A stretch of 64,000 nt of DNA from Utricularia gibba (GCA_002189035.1 NEEC01000002.1:6014001-6078000), one strand, 5' to 3'; positions 22,550 to 37,104 are shown, counted from the stretch's first letter. Numbers and translations: made by a program. The notes: a model not told the origin generated them from the letters alone.

Positions 22550-23661
22550 ATGGCATCGGTGTGCGTTAACAACGTTGGAATCGCGACGGGGGAGATTTTT
22601 TTGGATCGGCCGGCGGCTGGGAAGACTGCTCCCTGTGCCTGGATTAAACCTCCAATCGAGGAGTTGGAGGAATCGAGCGCAGCAGCGTCGTTGATTGTGA
22701 GGAAACCGCATCAAAAGGGCGCCGGAGATGCGGATTTGGAGAAGGTAGAAACTCCGGAGTCAGATATGGCGAGAAATGAGTTTGAATTCCGCCCTGAGCA
22801 TTCTGTCTCGTCTATACTCCCGGCAGACGAGCTTTTCTCTGACGGAAAGCTTGTTCCTCTGCAACAAACCTTGTTACGCCACTCGACGGCGGGGGTTTCC
22901 ACGGTTGCGGATCCGAGAAATGAGATTCCTCACGAGGCAGATCTTCTTTTCTTTCCCAAGGCGCCGACGTGCTCCGGCCGGTGGATAGAGATTCTCCGTT
23001 TGAGGAAAGTAAATCAGAGCAACGAAAATAACCCTTCCCATTCCAAAACGGCGCCGTCGAGAAGCCTTAAGATGGCGTTTCTTCAACGCGGACCGAAATC
23101 CCATCCAGATTCATCTTCGTCTCTTCCTTCTTTGCAGCGATTGGAGAAGCAACCGCCCGCGATTTCCCCACGAATCTCGCAAAAACCTCGCCCCTCCGTC
23201 GATTCCGATAGACCAGCATCGGCCTCGTGCAACGCTCCCAGAACAATCTCAGAGCGGCCAGACACAGAGCGAGTATGGGGCGGAGTACGGCCAACAGAGC
23301 AGCAGAATCCACGGTCGTTTCACTAGACAGTCCTCGAATGAATCCATCAGGTAAAATTGTTTACAATCGGCTGGAAAGAAGCTCCAGCAGTCCAGTCAGC
23401 TTGAACGGGGCCCCTGGCCACAAGCACCGAGGGATGGAGCGATCCTACTCCGGCGGCGTCAGAATCGCGCCGGTTCTCAATGTTCCGATCCGCATCACAT
23501 CCAAATCCAGCGTATTCGGGTTCCCCTTCGTCCCCTCCAAGCAGAAGAAGGATTTTAATCCCCAAGCTCATTCTCATGGCGGCAATGGAGGAACCACCAA
23601 AGGCGGTAATCAAGCACAGAACATTCCGAACAAGACGACGCAGATTTCCACTTCTAGGTAA
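22550..23661 (+). CDS. Conserved uncharacterised plant protein with LPADELFSDGKLVPL motif (MAKR/BKI1-related motif), intronless; one apparent -1 frameshift near 23277-23280
   Basis: MASVCVNN start; ADELFSDGKLVPLQ, FPKAPTCSGRW, then in the second frame SLDSPRMNPSGKIV, LERSSSSP, RGMERSYS, PVLNVP, all motifs I recall from this family. Adding one G to GGGG at 23277-23280 joins the two ORFs. Confidence 0.8.
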
Positions 23662-23839
23662 GTTTCTTCGTTTAACTTTCACCCGGTTCCGGCTAGAATT
23701 TACCGGCGTTCCCAAAAGGCTGTCGCTAGGACGAGGGTAGGCTCTGACGGTGGGGCAATTCTGTGTCATGTTTTTACTGATCTTCATTTGAACGTAGGGC
23801 CTTTTTTCCACGAGGTGGCCACTGCATTTTTCAGTTTTT

Positions 23840-24509
23840 TTTCATATTTATTTGAAAATAAAAAATATTTGTATTTTTCAAATGAAAATACCATAAAAAA
23901 CAAATTCAAATGAATATCTACTATCGTATAAATAAATTTAATTTTTTATTATACTTGAACGGTTATATATTTTTGTGTCTTTTACTTTTTATTATATTAA
24001 TTTTGATATTATAGAATTAAAAAAGAAGATATAATTGCATTTATCTAAAAATGAATTAATAAAAAATATTTCTTATCACACTTTAAATCTAGTATATATA
24101 TAAGTGTGGGTATATGGATTCATTAATTTATGAATTTGGGTGTGTAGATTCATAATTTAAAATATTATAAATAAGTTGAGATAATTTCAAATTGTAATAT
24201 TTAAATGATATTAAATTGTTTTTAAAAATATTAAAATAAAATATTTTTTAATCAAAAATTGAACATTAACAAAAAAAAAACAAATATAAATTAAAAATGA
24301 ACTATAACCATTAAACTTTGAATAATGGACAATAATAATAAACAATAGTCAAGGAATAAAAAACAAAAATATTAGAAAATCAAGTAAATTAATTAATATT
24401 TTAATTAGTTACTTAAATAAAATATAATTATTATTACAATTAATAATTAAAAATATTTTTTTAAAAAATCCAACTTACCGTGCATCTGCACGGGATTCGC
24501 CGCACCTAC
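23840..24509 (+). mobile_element. Non-autonomous Helitron-like element (3' end recognisable, 5' boundary approximate)
   Basis: Hairpin CCGTGCA-TC-TGCACGG at 24478-24493, then CTAC|T 12 nt later (Helitron consensus is hairpin plus CTRR|T). Preceded by about 600 bp of very AT-rich DNA. Confidence 0.55.
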
Positions 24510-24748
24510 TCATGGAATCATTGATTCCCAGCTTTAAATTCATCATATAAATGTAATTTTCAAACTATTTTATATATTTTCTATCCACATTTCCATATTA
24601 AAATAATATCAATTTCCCAAAAACATGTATATTCTTAGGGTTTTCACAAATGCAAATCATAATATGGAAGCATTAATTACGTGATAGCAACAATACAGGC
24701 TTGGTTTCCACATAAGCAACGGCCATATGGACAGACAGACAACAAGGT

Positions 24749-25669
24749 CTACTGCGCCAAGGCGCTGGTGTTGTAAACAAGAAGAGCACCTCCGGCCAAG
24801 ACTCCGGCCAACGTCACGGCCCAGATCAGCAGCCCCGTCGTACCTGCATCCCCGAATTCATTCATATACAGCACACAGAAGTTCATCCTACTGCAAATTT
24901 GCAGTAGACTTCCTAATGAAACTGAACAAAAGGGTGCTGCTTACCCCCGGCGTAGACATCTCCGGTGGGAGACCAGTCATTCTCATTGTAAATCGGGCTG
25001 CATCAATGAATATGTGTCAGGGTGGGAATACAGAGCTACCATTGAAATACTTCTTTTTTATCTATCTTATGGGCGAGTTTACCCACAGATTTAGATGCTG
25101 CTACTAGGGATGCAATCACCCAAATTAGGATCGTTTCATTAAGCCTAAACGATCTGGGTATTATCATCTCTTAAAATCCTATCAGGTTTTACAGTAAGCA
25201 TGACGGCATGAATCTCAAAGGTATACCTGTAGCCATCGACGTTAGCGCCGTACTTGTCGACGAACTGATAAACTCCTTTGCCCTGGAATCAAGGAAATCA
25301 TAGATTGAGCCACAGATCAACACTGGGATGCCTAATCAAAATCGCTCTTGAAATTAAGGGGAGGCCGTACCTTTCCCTTGCGGCCTTGGGCATCCAGGCC
25401 ATCTCTCAGGTTCATCCCTCCGTTGATGCCTAGCCAAAATCAACACAAATCCGGTTCAAATACGTTTCCTCAATAGTTATCAACCATCAAAGGGAGGCGT
25501 CAAAGAGCAAACCGAAGGGCTTGTCCGTCTTGAGCTTCTTGCCGCCGCTGGCTTGGACGGTGAAGCTTCCGGCTCTTCTGGTAAGGGCAGGCACCCCCTT
25601 GGGTTGTGGCTTCGACGCCGGCAACGCGGCGGGCTTCAAGGAAAGGGAGCTCATCACAGTGGAAGCCAT
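24749..25669 (-). CDS. PSBR: Photosystem II 10 kDa polypeptide PsbR, 139 aa, 5 exons
   Basis: Exons 25669-25513, 25429-25371, 25282-25227, 24997-24945, 24843-24749; [17 protein letters not shown]...[20 protein letters not shown]...[13 protein letters not shown]. Confidence 0.97.
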
Positions 25670-25785
25670 TTTTCCGATTCACTGGAACCTCAGATCTTCG
25701 GGAGGGATGATAATGGAATCGAGAGTGTGGTAGTCATAGTCTCTAGATAAAAAAACGCACCAACGGTATGTGATCGCCCTTACTA

Positions 25786-25793
25786 CACGTGGC
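25786..25793. promoter_or_regulatory. G-box CACGTGGC upstream of PsbR
   Basis: Motif about 120 bp upstream of the PsbR ATG; typical light-responsive element. Confidence 0.55.
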
Positions 25794-26185
25794 GCATCCT
25801 GAATGGCTGCCTTAGGGATATGGTTTATCCAAACGATCAACCGCGCGTTCCTCCTTTTTTTTCTTTTTTCCTTATTAAATTTATTCTGGAAATTGTTGAA
25901 TAAATAATTCAAATAATCTCATTATTTTCATAAAACAATTATTCAGGAAACATAAATACAATCTTATATTATACAAAATCATAGAAAAATGAAATCCCTT
26001 GTTTTCATTGCTATTTTTGATCAAATTCTGATTTCAAAAACAATTTTTTTTTATTTTTCATATCAAAATAGCAACTTTAATAAAAAGGGACAAAGGCATT
26101 TAGAAGTAGTAGAGCTAGTTCTTCTTTTTCTTTTTCTTTTTGTTGTGATCCTAAATTCAAATATAAAAAAAATAATAAAAATATC

Positions 26186-29100
26186 TCACTTCGCGGCCAT
26201 CAGGATCGAGTTGATCACGTGCATCATCAACCGGATGCTGGAAAGATCGGAGCCCGCCGTCGTCGGCAGGCTGCGGTGATGATTCAGTATCTGATAAACC
26301 TGCTCGAAGATGGGCCGTACATGCATCACGATGATCGGGTCGACCGGATTGACGGCGGACAGCACATCCCTCATCCACGTTAGTTTCCGAGGGGTGTCGT
26401 TGTTGATGTCGCAAGCCAGCTGCTGCACGAGTGAGAGCAGCACCCCTTGGCTGATCGGCGGCGGGCTCATCGACAGGATTCCAGCCAAATCCACCTGGTG
26501 AAAGATGCGGATACACGTTGAAGCGCATTAACCGAGGTGTTTATAGCTAAAAGAGGGGGAGAGCCACCTGAGAGCATAGCCAGGAGACGATGCTAACGTC
26601 ACTTCTGTGGAGAGCGGCTGTGAAAGCTTCCTCGTATTTCCGCTCGCTGATCAGTCTGAAAAGCTCTTTTGTAGGATCAACGGGCACCTCCAGCTTGTCG
26701 TGAATGGCGCCCAAAGGGCCAGTGTTGAGTTGAGCAACCAGACTGCTCGTCACTGACTTAGAAGTAGCACCTGAGGCTGCAAGAGCTAGCAATTTCCTTT
26801 GCCCATCAAGAATCTCACTGCCCAATGTTTGGGTCATGGATGATGCAGAATTTATGGCATCCTGAATGTGATAGTAAAGATTCAGAGGTATATGGGAATT
26901 GAATCACAAAAAAGGGAGTTGAAGCCATTTCATGACTGGAATCACTAATTTACCACCACAAGGTATCTGACTGCCATGAGTATGGAAAAAAAGAACAAAA
27001 TAATACCCGTAGAGCAGTAGCCAATGGTGAATGTGTTGCCTCCAGCTGTTGTTGCCCTGCAGTTGTGTGTTCCATGATTCCCTTCTGGACTGTAGAATCT
27101 AGTTGCTCAAACATTGTCCGACAGGACATCTCGAAAGCAGGGATCACTAAAGCTTCAAAACTTGATTTCATAGATTCCTGAATGCACACACATTAATCAA
27201 GTGTAGGTATGAATCTAATACAGCATAACCTATAAAAATAAGTTACCACAACAGGTTTACAAATAAGATTTTTTTTTTGTTACCCCCTAAAAATTGCTCG
27301 GGAACACAGATTGAAGGAATAAACCCACATACCCATCACACAATCTACCACTTAATTTCAGACAAACCGTCCCCCTCTGTCATTTTTAGAACTAAATTTT
27401 AACAGAGGCACACAAATTTGTTTAATTAGAAAAATGCTGAATAGGCCACACACTCTACCACTGAGGCTTGAACACCTAACCTCTCGTATAAAGAGCAGAG
27501 GCATATCCATACGCTAGTCATGCCCAAATAACAGAGGCAAATCTGCTTTATATGATATTAAGAAATTCATACGTCTCTCATTGTCTTGAAAGAAAAACGG
27601 ACAAGGTAAACCACATGATGAGAATAAATGAAGTTTTAAAATAATGCCATGCAATACGTTGGGAGGAAAAAAGAAAGGAACCCAGGCAACTTTGCTCCAG
27701 TCATACCTGAAGAGCTTGCTTTCCAGAATTTTGAAACTGAGTTTGGATATGCCTAGCGACAGTAGCTTCAAGTTTGGTGCTCACAGATTTCTCCAGCTGA
27801 TTTACAGCTTTATCACCCACCCCTTTCTGCTCGTATTCACAAAGGATTTCATAAACTCACTGCAAAGGATACGTTTTCCCATGAGAAAAAGCAAAAAGAT
27901 AATGAACCTGGAAATTCTCTACAATGGAAGAAGATATTGCTTTCTCGATGACAGGTGTAATTGTACGCGCCAAAGATTGGGCCAGAGAAGTTAGTTCTTT
28001 CTTGACAGTTTTATCAATAAGCGCAGGCAGTTCTTTGGTTAAACAAGTGCTGATCATGCTGGTCAACTGTTGGACACGATCTTTTAATTCCTTGTCCTGC
28101 CTTGCACTCTCATCATAGAAACGTGCCCATAGAGCATCAGTATGAGCCTTAAATGTGACTTCCAGATTTCTTCCAAGAGTGCCCTCCAGACGCTTTCCTT
28201 CTTTTGTAATGGGAGCAGCAATCATCGCACCCAACTGCTTCTGCATATCTTTCTGTAACGTCACAACCTACAAAATATAAATAATAGAAAGCCTGAGAAA
28301 TTTTGGAATCTCACACAGCTAGAAAAAAGTAAAAATGCATTTCAAATCATTCACCAAAAACAAATAATAGAAATCCACTGCATCCAGGCACACTGTTCTA
28401 AGATGTTCATTAGGAAATCACCTTATTCAGCATCTCCTGCATGGACAATAGTTGAGAAAATGCGGCTTCCATAGCAGTGCTAGATCCAAGATGCAGTTCG
28501 TTAGATGAATCTGTTGAACCAAAGATATTTGGCCCTTGTGAAGTTGACCCAGATGCCTGAGAATTCTTTCCTTTCTGTTTTTTCCTTTTATGAATTGATG
28601 TGGGTTGTGCCATTGAAGGATCTGGAGAATCAACAAATTCCCTAGAAACTCCCTCAGATGCACCATGGACTTGTTCTGCTGCAGATGGTTCATGAAATAC
28701 CTCAGCCTCACAAGCATCCTTGGCTTGCTGAGCTTCATGCACAACATACGTTTCTGGTAAAAGTTCACGACACTCTCGAGAAATCTCAACACCAAGATTA
28801 GATGCTTGAGAGGAAAAAGATTTTTCCTTATTATCCAAAACACAACTCCGGTTTTCATGTTGCATCCCAGCATCATCCACAACCTTTACCTCCACCTCAA
28901 CGCTCCTAGCATCATTGGTAATTCCTAAATCTTGAATATTCAGTTCCAGATCATTTCTTGGTTCATTAATTTTGCTGACTTCAGATGCAGAATTGGCCAT
29001 TAATATTTCAGAAGGAGTCACTAAATGCGTCGGATGTTTGAACTCAGCTTGCTGACCAAGGGTCATAGAGTCATCTTGAGGATGCCTGTTGTCATCACTC

Positions 29101-32100
29101 CTTGGTACACCGTCAACTGAAGCTAAATGAGAAGTATTTTTACAAATGACATCCACTTGCCTGTCTACAGAGTATTCCACAATTTTTGGCTCTGAAATGT
29201 TCTCACATGATGGGACTTCATTCCCTGTGATTCCTAGATTTGATAGAGCATTTTCTGGTATCTGAAGTCCATCTAGCATGTTGTTTTCCACAACTGATAA
29301 CTCCTGTGGTCCTGTCAAATTGGATGAGGAAGTGCCAGTAGAGAATTTGACTGCCGGTGAACTGTCTATGATGCTTTCACTTATGGATGACTTGGGAGAC
29401 AAGCTCGAAATGGAAATCTCAGGCGGCATACTAGAGAAAGCCTCCACGTCCACAAAAGCTCTAGGACTAGAAGCATCAAGGTTGGTACTGGAGTCCAACC
29501 TCTCATGCACATTTTCTGATGGAGGTGGCAAGCACTGTGACGAGTCCAATACATAGTACTGGATAGCATGGGTCTGGACACAATATAACCGAATTTCTTG
29601 TTCACCTTGGGGCAATAAATGACTGCATCCTGTGAAACTTAGAATTGGCATAGTAACAGTAAACTCTGCAATGTAATCCATGCGGGATTCTGCTGGGCAT
29701 GGACCATAGTTCAAGTGTACAGCATATATTGCATTCCTCTTTGCATTTACCAATAAAAGAAGGTTAGCTTGTGGCAAGGCCTTCACTTGATTGAAGAAAG
29801 CTTCTGCAAGAGCTTCTGATGTCTTGAGTTCCAATGTCTGTATACAGCGCCATGACTCTGCATCACTTGAAAGCAGCGAACCATCTTCACTTGCTGGAAC
29901 CCAGATTTTCAATTCACAATTCAATGGTCCCTGAAAAAAGTTGATTATTTAGTGGTGGCAAGCAATATAGTACTTGAAAGCGTGTGGACATGCACAAAAC
30001 CTCTAGTACAGGATCTTCGTGACATTCGCCATTACAAAGATATACTAAACATGATCAACTTCATGCATGCAGCCAAAATACAGTTTTTATCAACATCAAG
30101 TACCCCAGTAATGAGTATGATATGGTCTGGGCGAACAGGAGAAGCTAAAAATGTGACTGAATTAACAGGATGGCCATCATGCGGCCGAAGGACTGCAATT
30201 GGCTGAGGGTTTCGATCTTCCCATATCTTTATCTGCAACGATACAATCATAAATTGTAAATATCAATATATTTTTAAATCAGTATAAAATTAATATAGGT
30301 TCGGACATCTAAAAATAAATGCTTAATGGCATTATCATTTGCAGCCTAGGCTTCTACGAACGACAAAAATAAACTTACTTTTCAATTTCCAAGTAACATA
30401 TGTTAACTATTTTCAAAATTACTCGCGAGTTGGTAAAACAGCAAGATGATTAAACCATGGATAACAAGGCTTGATTTACAAACTTTTGATTTGCAATAAG
30501 TGGTTATTTAAGAAAAAATGAAGTTATGAATCTAAAGGATAGAAATGAAGATATAGAAAGCACCATAAATAGAACACAATCTAATGAGGAACATACTGTG
30601 CCATCCATAGAAGCAGATACCAAACGTGTGGTCATCCACTGACACATTGACAAACTAGTTACTTCTCCATCATGTGTGCCAACAATCTGAACTCCATTAA
30701 TTAATTTCTCAATGGGACATTTAAGCGGTTCCTCTGATGAAAACTTCTCACCCTTTCCAACTTTTGTAGTGTCGATCTTCAGAACATGTCTTCCAATGCC
30801 AACCACAAGAATTTCCTGTATCCAATTATACAACGAAAAATAAAGTCCAAATACATAAATGGTCAACAGAAAAAAAATCTATCCTTTTAAGCAATAAAAA
30901 AAATGTACATCATGACTAAAGTGATTTACTTGTTTATGACAGTGCCAGCAAACTCTGGGGTGAGCATTTTCAGCTTCTCCAGTAACTTGAATGGCAATAA
31001 CCGTCCTTTCAGAAATTGTAGGTTTATCTTCTTCATCTGGGCCTTCAGTAATCTTCCAGACATACACACGCCCATCTACACTGGCACTGGTATGAGAGCC
31101 TAGAGCGTTAGTGCAGTCAGGAAAAAACAAAAATACACTGGAGTACAAAAACAGAAGAAACTAACCTCGCCAAAATGTCAACATCTTCGGCAAAGAAAGC
31201 CATGTCTGTGACTCTCTGAAAAATATAAACAAAGCTGTAGGGTAAAAAAAGATAAAATGAAGATGTATAAAAAGGATTATGCAAGTACTTCCCATTTCCA
31301 AATCACCATTTCCTCACCAAAGCATACAAGTACTTCAGGGAAGAAGATGAATCAGAATTGAAAGTTCAAAGTGAAAAGGGATTCAAACCTTATTTAGGCC
31401 CTTGAGCAATGATCTCAAGGCCGTGGTGGTGTTCAGGACGCGAATAGCTCCTAATTTAAGGCCATAGCATATATAATTCTTGCTAATGGCAATCTGCCTG
31501 CCTAAAACAAGTTCTGGATCCGAACCATATTTAGTAATAGGAGTAACTTCGAGCTGAGGCTGCATCTCCCCTGGCAACCTAACATCAATATCATACACCA
31601 AGTGATCTCCCATTAAATGCCTGCCCTTAGGTATCTTATGGCTAGGCAGTCGCAGCGGAAGATTCTGATGTGAATCCACAAGCGCAGAAGGCATGCTCTC
31701 TACGCTTAGAGCTTGCGATGAATCTGGCACCGAAAACGAATTGGAGGGCATGGGCATCGCGAGCTGCTGTGGGATATCAAGAGCAGTAGGCGGTGCACTC
31801 AACAACGCCATCAATCGTGCCCCATGATTATCCGGATGAAGAGCCGGATTGTGAAAATTGGCGTGCAGTGGTAACACTGCGGTTTGCACTTGGGGCTGCA
31901 GCGTCGGAGTTGGATAAGACAAAGACCTCTGTGTTGGCGCGAATTCCGGGTGGTGCTGTGGCATCGGAGGATTAGAATACGGGGTATAAACCGGACGGTA
32001 ATTGAAGCCCGCAGGTTGAGGTGGGAAAGGATACACTGCACCACCACCGGCAGCTCCCGACGTCTGCGGATAAGACGCCGAAGGCGGCGGGAAATGAGCA

Positions 32101-32273
32101 GGTGCAAAATTTGTAGGGTTATTTACATTAACCATGAAATTCTGAGGACTCGGATTGGAGGAGGCAATGGACGTGAGTGGCTGGGGCAAAGGCGGCGTCG
32201 AAGGCTTGAACAAATTCTGCACATCGAAGGCGCCGCCTCCACCAAGTGCGTTAGGGTTCCCCGAAGTTGCCAT
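26186..32273 (-). CDS. VCS: VARICOSE / enhancer of mRNA decapping 4 (WD40 decapping scaffold), 11 exons
   Basis: Exons 32273-31389, 31215-31166, 31086-30930, 30815-30597, 30232-30104, 29930-28422, 28267-27908, 27826-27707, 27177-27007, 26861-26568, 26494-26186; motifs [43 protein letters not shown]-like end; phases consistent. Confidence 0.95.
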
Positions 32274-35006
32274 ATTCTTACACTAACTGAGCATCCGTCC
32301 AAGAGCCTGAGCAATATCGCCGCCGACTGAGACTCAGATATGATCCTGGTGCCGGTGGTGGTGCTGACGACTGTCGAGCGACTGCAAAATGGATTTGAGA
32401 ACTAAAAGGTGTGAAATGGAGAAGCATGAACAGAGGAAAGAGATGATTTTGGAGGCTATACTGCGTTAATTTCCCCCCTATTTTTGGAACAATTTAAATA
32501 TTAATATAATGCCCATGTTATTGAATCCTAAATTGATGTTTTTCCCTCAGTATTATTTATTATGATTACAATTAAAAATAATTTTAATAAAAATAAAAGT
32601 AATTTGATTTTATTTTACACCAAAATATTTAAATTAATTATTTAATTATCTTGTAAAAAAACTTGCCTATTCGGTCCGCACACCTAGATGACAAGTTGGG
32701 GGAGTCTGTCACGTGATAGCCTTTGGAAAACCCTGTTCCCGGCCCCCCATCCCATAAATTTCTACATAAGTATCATCTCAATGTAATTAAATGGTTAAAA
32801 GTACATTAATTAAGATTATTTTAATAAAATAGAAGTTAATCTTCATAATTTCTTATAAATAAAAAAACGTATCTGGGTTTACATTCTTTTCAAAATAGAA
32901 TTTATTCATGTTTGATAATATAATTGTTTTTTTAACGTTTTTAAAGGATCGGAAATAGTTCAAACAAATCAAATCCCAAACTTATTCCTAACTAAAAAAA
33001 CACGGACACAAATATCCATAATTATTTAAAAGAAAATTATTTTAAATAATTATTGGCATTACTACTACAAGTTAATTAGGTATTAATGTAATAGCCGAAT
33101 TAACAATAAAATATTACTTTTTATTGATAAAAATATGATATTTAAGTGGAAAACCTTTATTTCAAAGTACTTCATATCACTACTCACTTTATTTAAATAA
33201 TAAATTCTTTTTTAAATATTGTTTATTGCGTGTTGTTTTTTATAACAAATTTTAAATAAAAAAAATTAAAACATAAATAAACTATATATTTATATAACCG
33301 TAAATAAGTATAGTGTGAGTATTAATTACAGAGAATTAATATTTTGTGTAAAGGTGAATTTGTAATCTTGTATAATCTATCATAATTTTATATTTGAAAG
33401 TAAATAAAATAATAAATTATGGTAAAGATAATTCATTTCATTTTTTTTATCTCTCCTTACATCAAGTCTCATTATCTCTTCAAAATAATATATTATAGAA
33501 GAAAAAAACAATATACATTTATTACACTTTAGTATAATAGGTATGGAATCTATTTCATATGATTCTTCTTTGACCAAAGGAAAAGACAAGAGTACATAGC
33601 TTTCAATTACTTTTGAGATTGAATCTTGCACATGGATTTGAATGTTATCAATATGGAGATAGCACTCATAACCTTGTTGTACATTAAAATTTAAAAACAT
33701 TGGTCAATCACTCATAAATCCTGACTTAGAGTATAAAAAAGGGCATGATATAAAAATTTTAAAAAAATCAAATAAATAATGGAAAATTTATATTCAATAC
33801 ATGGGAAAAGTGTTTATCAATCCTAAAAACTAAATTGCTTAACCATGAATGGGCATGATAAAATCATAAACGAAAATGAAAATTTATTCTTTTTCCCCCA
33901 CATCAAAATGGAAAGAAAGAACAAAAATACAGATCAATTTAAGTTTAAAAGTTGTTTCAAATTCCCATTCTCCAATTTAAGTTCAAAAGTTGTTTCAAAT
34001 TTATCCTGTCTGTCTTTTTACTCTTTTCTTTCACCATGTATACCATTAAAATCAATTTTCTCATCATTACAAGTATAAATGTGATATCATAGGCTATGTT
34101 TCACTTGCCCATCCCATTGTTTTATCCCCCCTTTTTTTTTTTATCTTTTATGCTATATTTCAAATCCAACATTATTTTATTTTCGAGTAAAAATATATAA
34201 ATACTTAAATTAACTATGGGTAACAGGTGACTATATCTTAAATTAAATAATAAAAATAAATTATATATAGAATATATTGTTTAAATACTAAACCATGAAC
34301 TCTAAATTGATATTTAAAAGTATTTGTTAACATCGGTTTCGATCACTTTATTGAGGTACTTCAAATTGAAGATATTTATTTCATTGTTTCTAATTCGATA
34401 GTAAACTATATATTTTTAAATAATATAGTTTGATTAATTATATATTCGATTTATTTATATTTAAATACAAAATAATATGAATACAATTGAAAATGTGTGT
34501 TTAATAAATAAATTATTATGTTTGATAGATTTATTCAAGAGATATGAAAAAAAAATCAATTGATTAAAAAATTATGTAAATGAAAAATTTCAATAAATAT
34601 GATTGGAGTATTTTACAAACATAAACACATATCTGTAAACCATTCTACCAAACATAATTTTAGAAATTCAATATAAATGAAATTTTATTTATTATGTTTA
34701 TAATAATATCATATATTTTTATTTATTAGTTTTCATTTATTATATTTTCGAGTGATGAATATATTATTTATATTAATTTATTATACATATTATAAAGAAT
34801 AATTAAATAAAGAAAGAAAATACTCTAATGAAAGCTCATGTTAAGAAGTGGGCCATCGTTCCGTTGGTTAGTTGGGCTTCCATATTAGACATCGCGCACA
34901 AGTCCACACGAAAGAGGGGATTCAGATTGATTTCGGTCTTCGTCGTCTTCCTCCGTCGAGGAAGGCTTATCCGTCTCTGGTTCCATTTCTCGGAGCATGA
35001 ATTGGG

Positions 35007-36985
35007 ATGCAGATGAACCCAAGTGAAAGAAATACTCGAAGAAAGTTTCCGCTTTGTTTTATAAATAATCTTGATGATGGCTGCCTTATGATCATTTTCA
35101 ACTTCCTCTCCCCAATCCCAGGTTTGTATGTTTTATTCTGTTTTTTAGGATTTTATTGGTGATAGAATTTTGGTGATAATGAGAAAACTGAGCTTAACTT
35201 GGTCAATCTATGGAAAGTTGGATGCCTTCAGATCTTTTTTTTTTTTTTTTGCTTGTTATGATAATTCAGGATTCAGAATCAAACTTGGGGATTGTTGTTG
35301 TTTTATATTCATCCGTGTTTTTAGTTAGACTTTGATTGAGAAGGCGAAAAAAATTAAAAAAAAAAACTTGATTAGAACACAATATTTTAGGTTTTCTCTC
35401 TGGGCATTGTGATTTTAGTGCATTCAACTTTGATGCTATTCTTGTTATTTTAGCCAAGGATAAAGTTTTTGAGCTGTTACTGATACTGAACATTTTTTAT
35501 TGAATTTGCAGATCGTTATAACACTGCACTAGTTTGCCGCAGATGGCGTTTTTTGGCATGCCATCCACGGCTTTGGCTCCGGGTTGATCGATCTGTAAAA
35601 GATTTGTCTTTACCCGGAGTATACCCAAGCATTGAGGCTGCTGTGGTTGCAGCAAGGTCAGTCCAGTTGCATGTGCCACGGTTGATTTTGAAGTCGATTA
35701 GCTCTTCATGAAAAAGATTGCAGGCCTGGAGACACAATACTTATTTCAGCTGGAGGGGTTCATCATACAGCTGACATTCAGATTAAGAAGCCCCTCTGCC
35801 TGGTATTTGCACTGTCCTCTCTGGTGTTCAGTTTAATTTCACTATGATTACTCATATGCAAATTCCGTAGCTGCATGTCACTATTAGCAGACAAAATTTC
35901 GTACCTGCAATCTACTAGTTTTAGAAGAAAAGAATGGAACCAAACTAATATTTTGTGGTACATACAGTTTTTGGAGCAAGGTCTTCTCCCTAAATATCCG
36001 TCTCTTGTTTCTGACTCTTCTGACTCAACACATTGGGATTCAGTTTTTATCGTGCTAGTAATCGTTCTCTGAGTTATACAATTTTCCATGCATTGAGTCT
36101 CTAGATGCTTACCTACTTGAAGTCAGTTCTTGTGATACATGTATATTGCTTTTTAGGGGAATATACTTTATGTCGAAGATTTTTTCTCTTGGTTCTACAC
36201 GAACTTATGTAGATTCATTTTTCTTTCCACTTATTTATGCAATTTTTTGAGTAACTCTACCCGCTAAAACTGTGCTGCATTAATATGTAAGTGGTTGGTC
36301 TTTTTCTCCAGATTGGGAGTGGTGATGTGCCTGATGAAACAACATTGGTTTGTTCCCGCGGGTCTGAGAGGTTTGTTCCAACAGTCCATCTATCAGTATT
36401 TCAGGTCATTCGTGATTCTTTCATATGTGTATCTACATATGATGTTGCTACATAGGTTTATCTTCCAACATCTTGAGCCCAAATGCCCATGCAGCCTGAA
36501 CCATACGCCATTCACCTCCTCCAATTTGTTACCACTTGATTAACCCTCATCACCTGTTATCTGTTTATGCCGCAAGATATCATGTAAGCTCTAGGATAAT
36601 GACATCTTCACTGATCAAATCTTGCTTCATCAGCGCGCTGGAATTCATGTCAACCTGCAAACTCTCCAACTTGACAGTAAGAGCCGAGCTGGGATGCTGT
36701 TTACTTCACCGAAGCGGGCGGCTCACAGTTGATGGATGCATTCTTCAGTGCGAGGCGAATCCCCTGGATCACCTCTCACATGCCATCGTGACAACCGCCA
36801 CTACACAAGACAAGGCTCCACCACTTGTAAGAAAAGGTTCTGTGGATTGTGTCACGGTAACAAGAACCAGGATCGAAGGGGGTGCAAAGGCTGTCTTGAC
36901 AAGTGGGTCTCTCTCGCTGCAGCGTGTTCGTGTCATCTACGCTCGAACCTCCCTGTTCTTCTGGTTCAGTGTGGAGAGCAGTTGA
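35007..36985 (+). CDS. SKIP5: F-box protein SKIP5-like, 5 exons
   Basis: Exons 35007 (or 35013)-35121, 35512-35656, 35724-35802, 36312-36370, 36634-36985; INNLDDGCLM..IF.FLSPIPDRYNTALVCRRWRFLACHPRLWLRV, ELGCCLLHRSGRL, RTSLFFWF. Confidence 0.9.
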
Positions 36986-37104
36986 GTCTGTGTTGGCATC
37001 CATGCTCTAGGTAAAACTTCTTCATGCTGTTTATTGCATTCCCTGAATGTATCATATGATTTGCAGGCTGTTGTATTACAGTTGCTTTGCTTATTAGTCT
37101 TTTC

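Noticed and set aside
33380-33700. 106-aa minus-strand ORF
   Set aside because: Lies in very AT-rich spacer DNA, low complexity, no recognisable domain.
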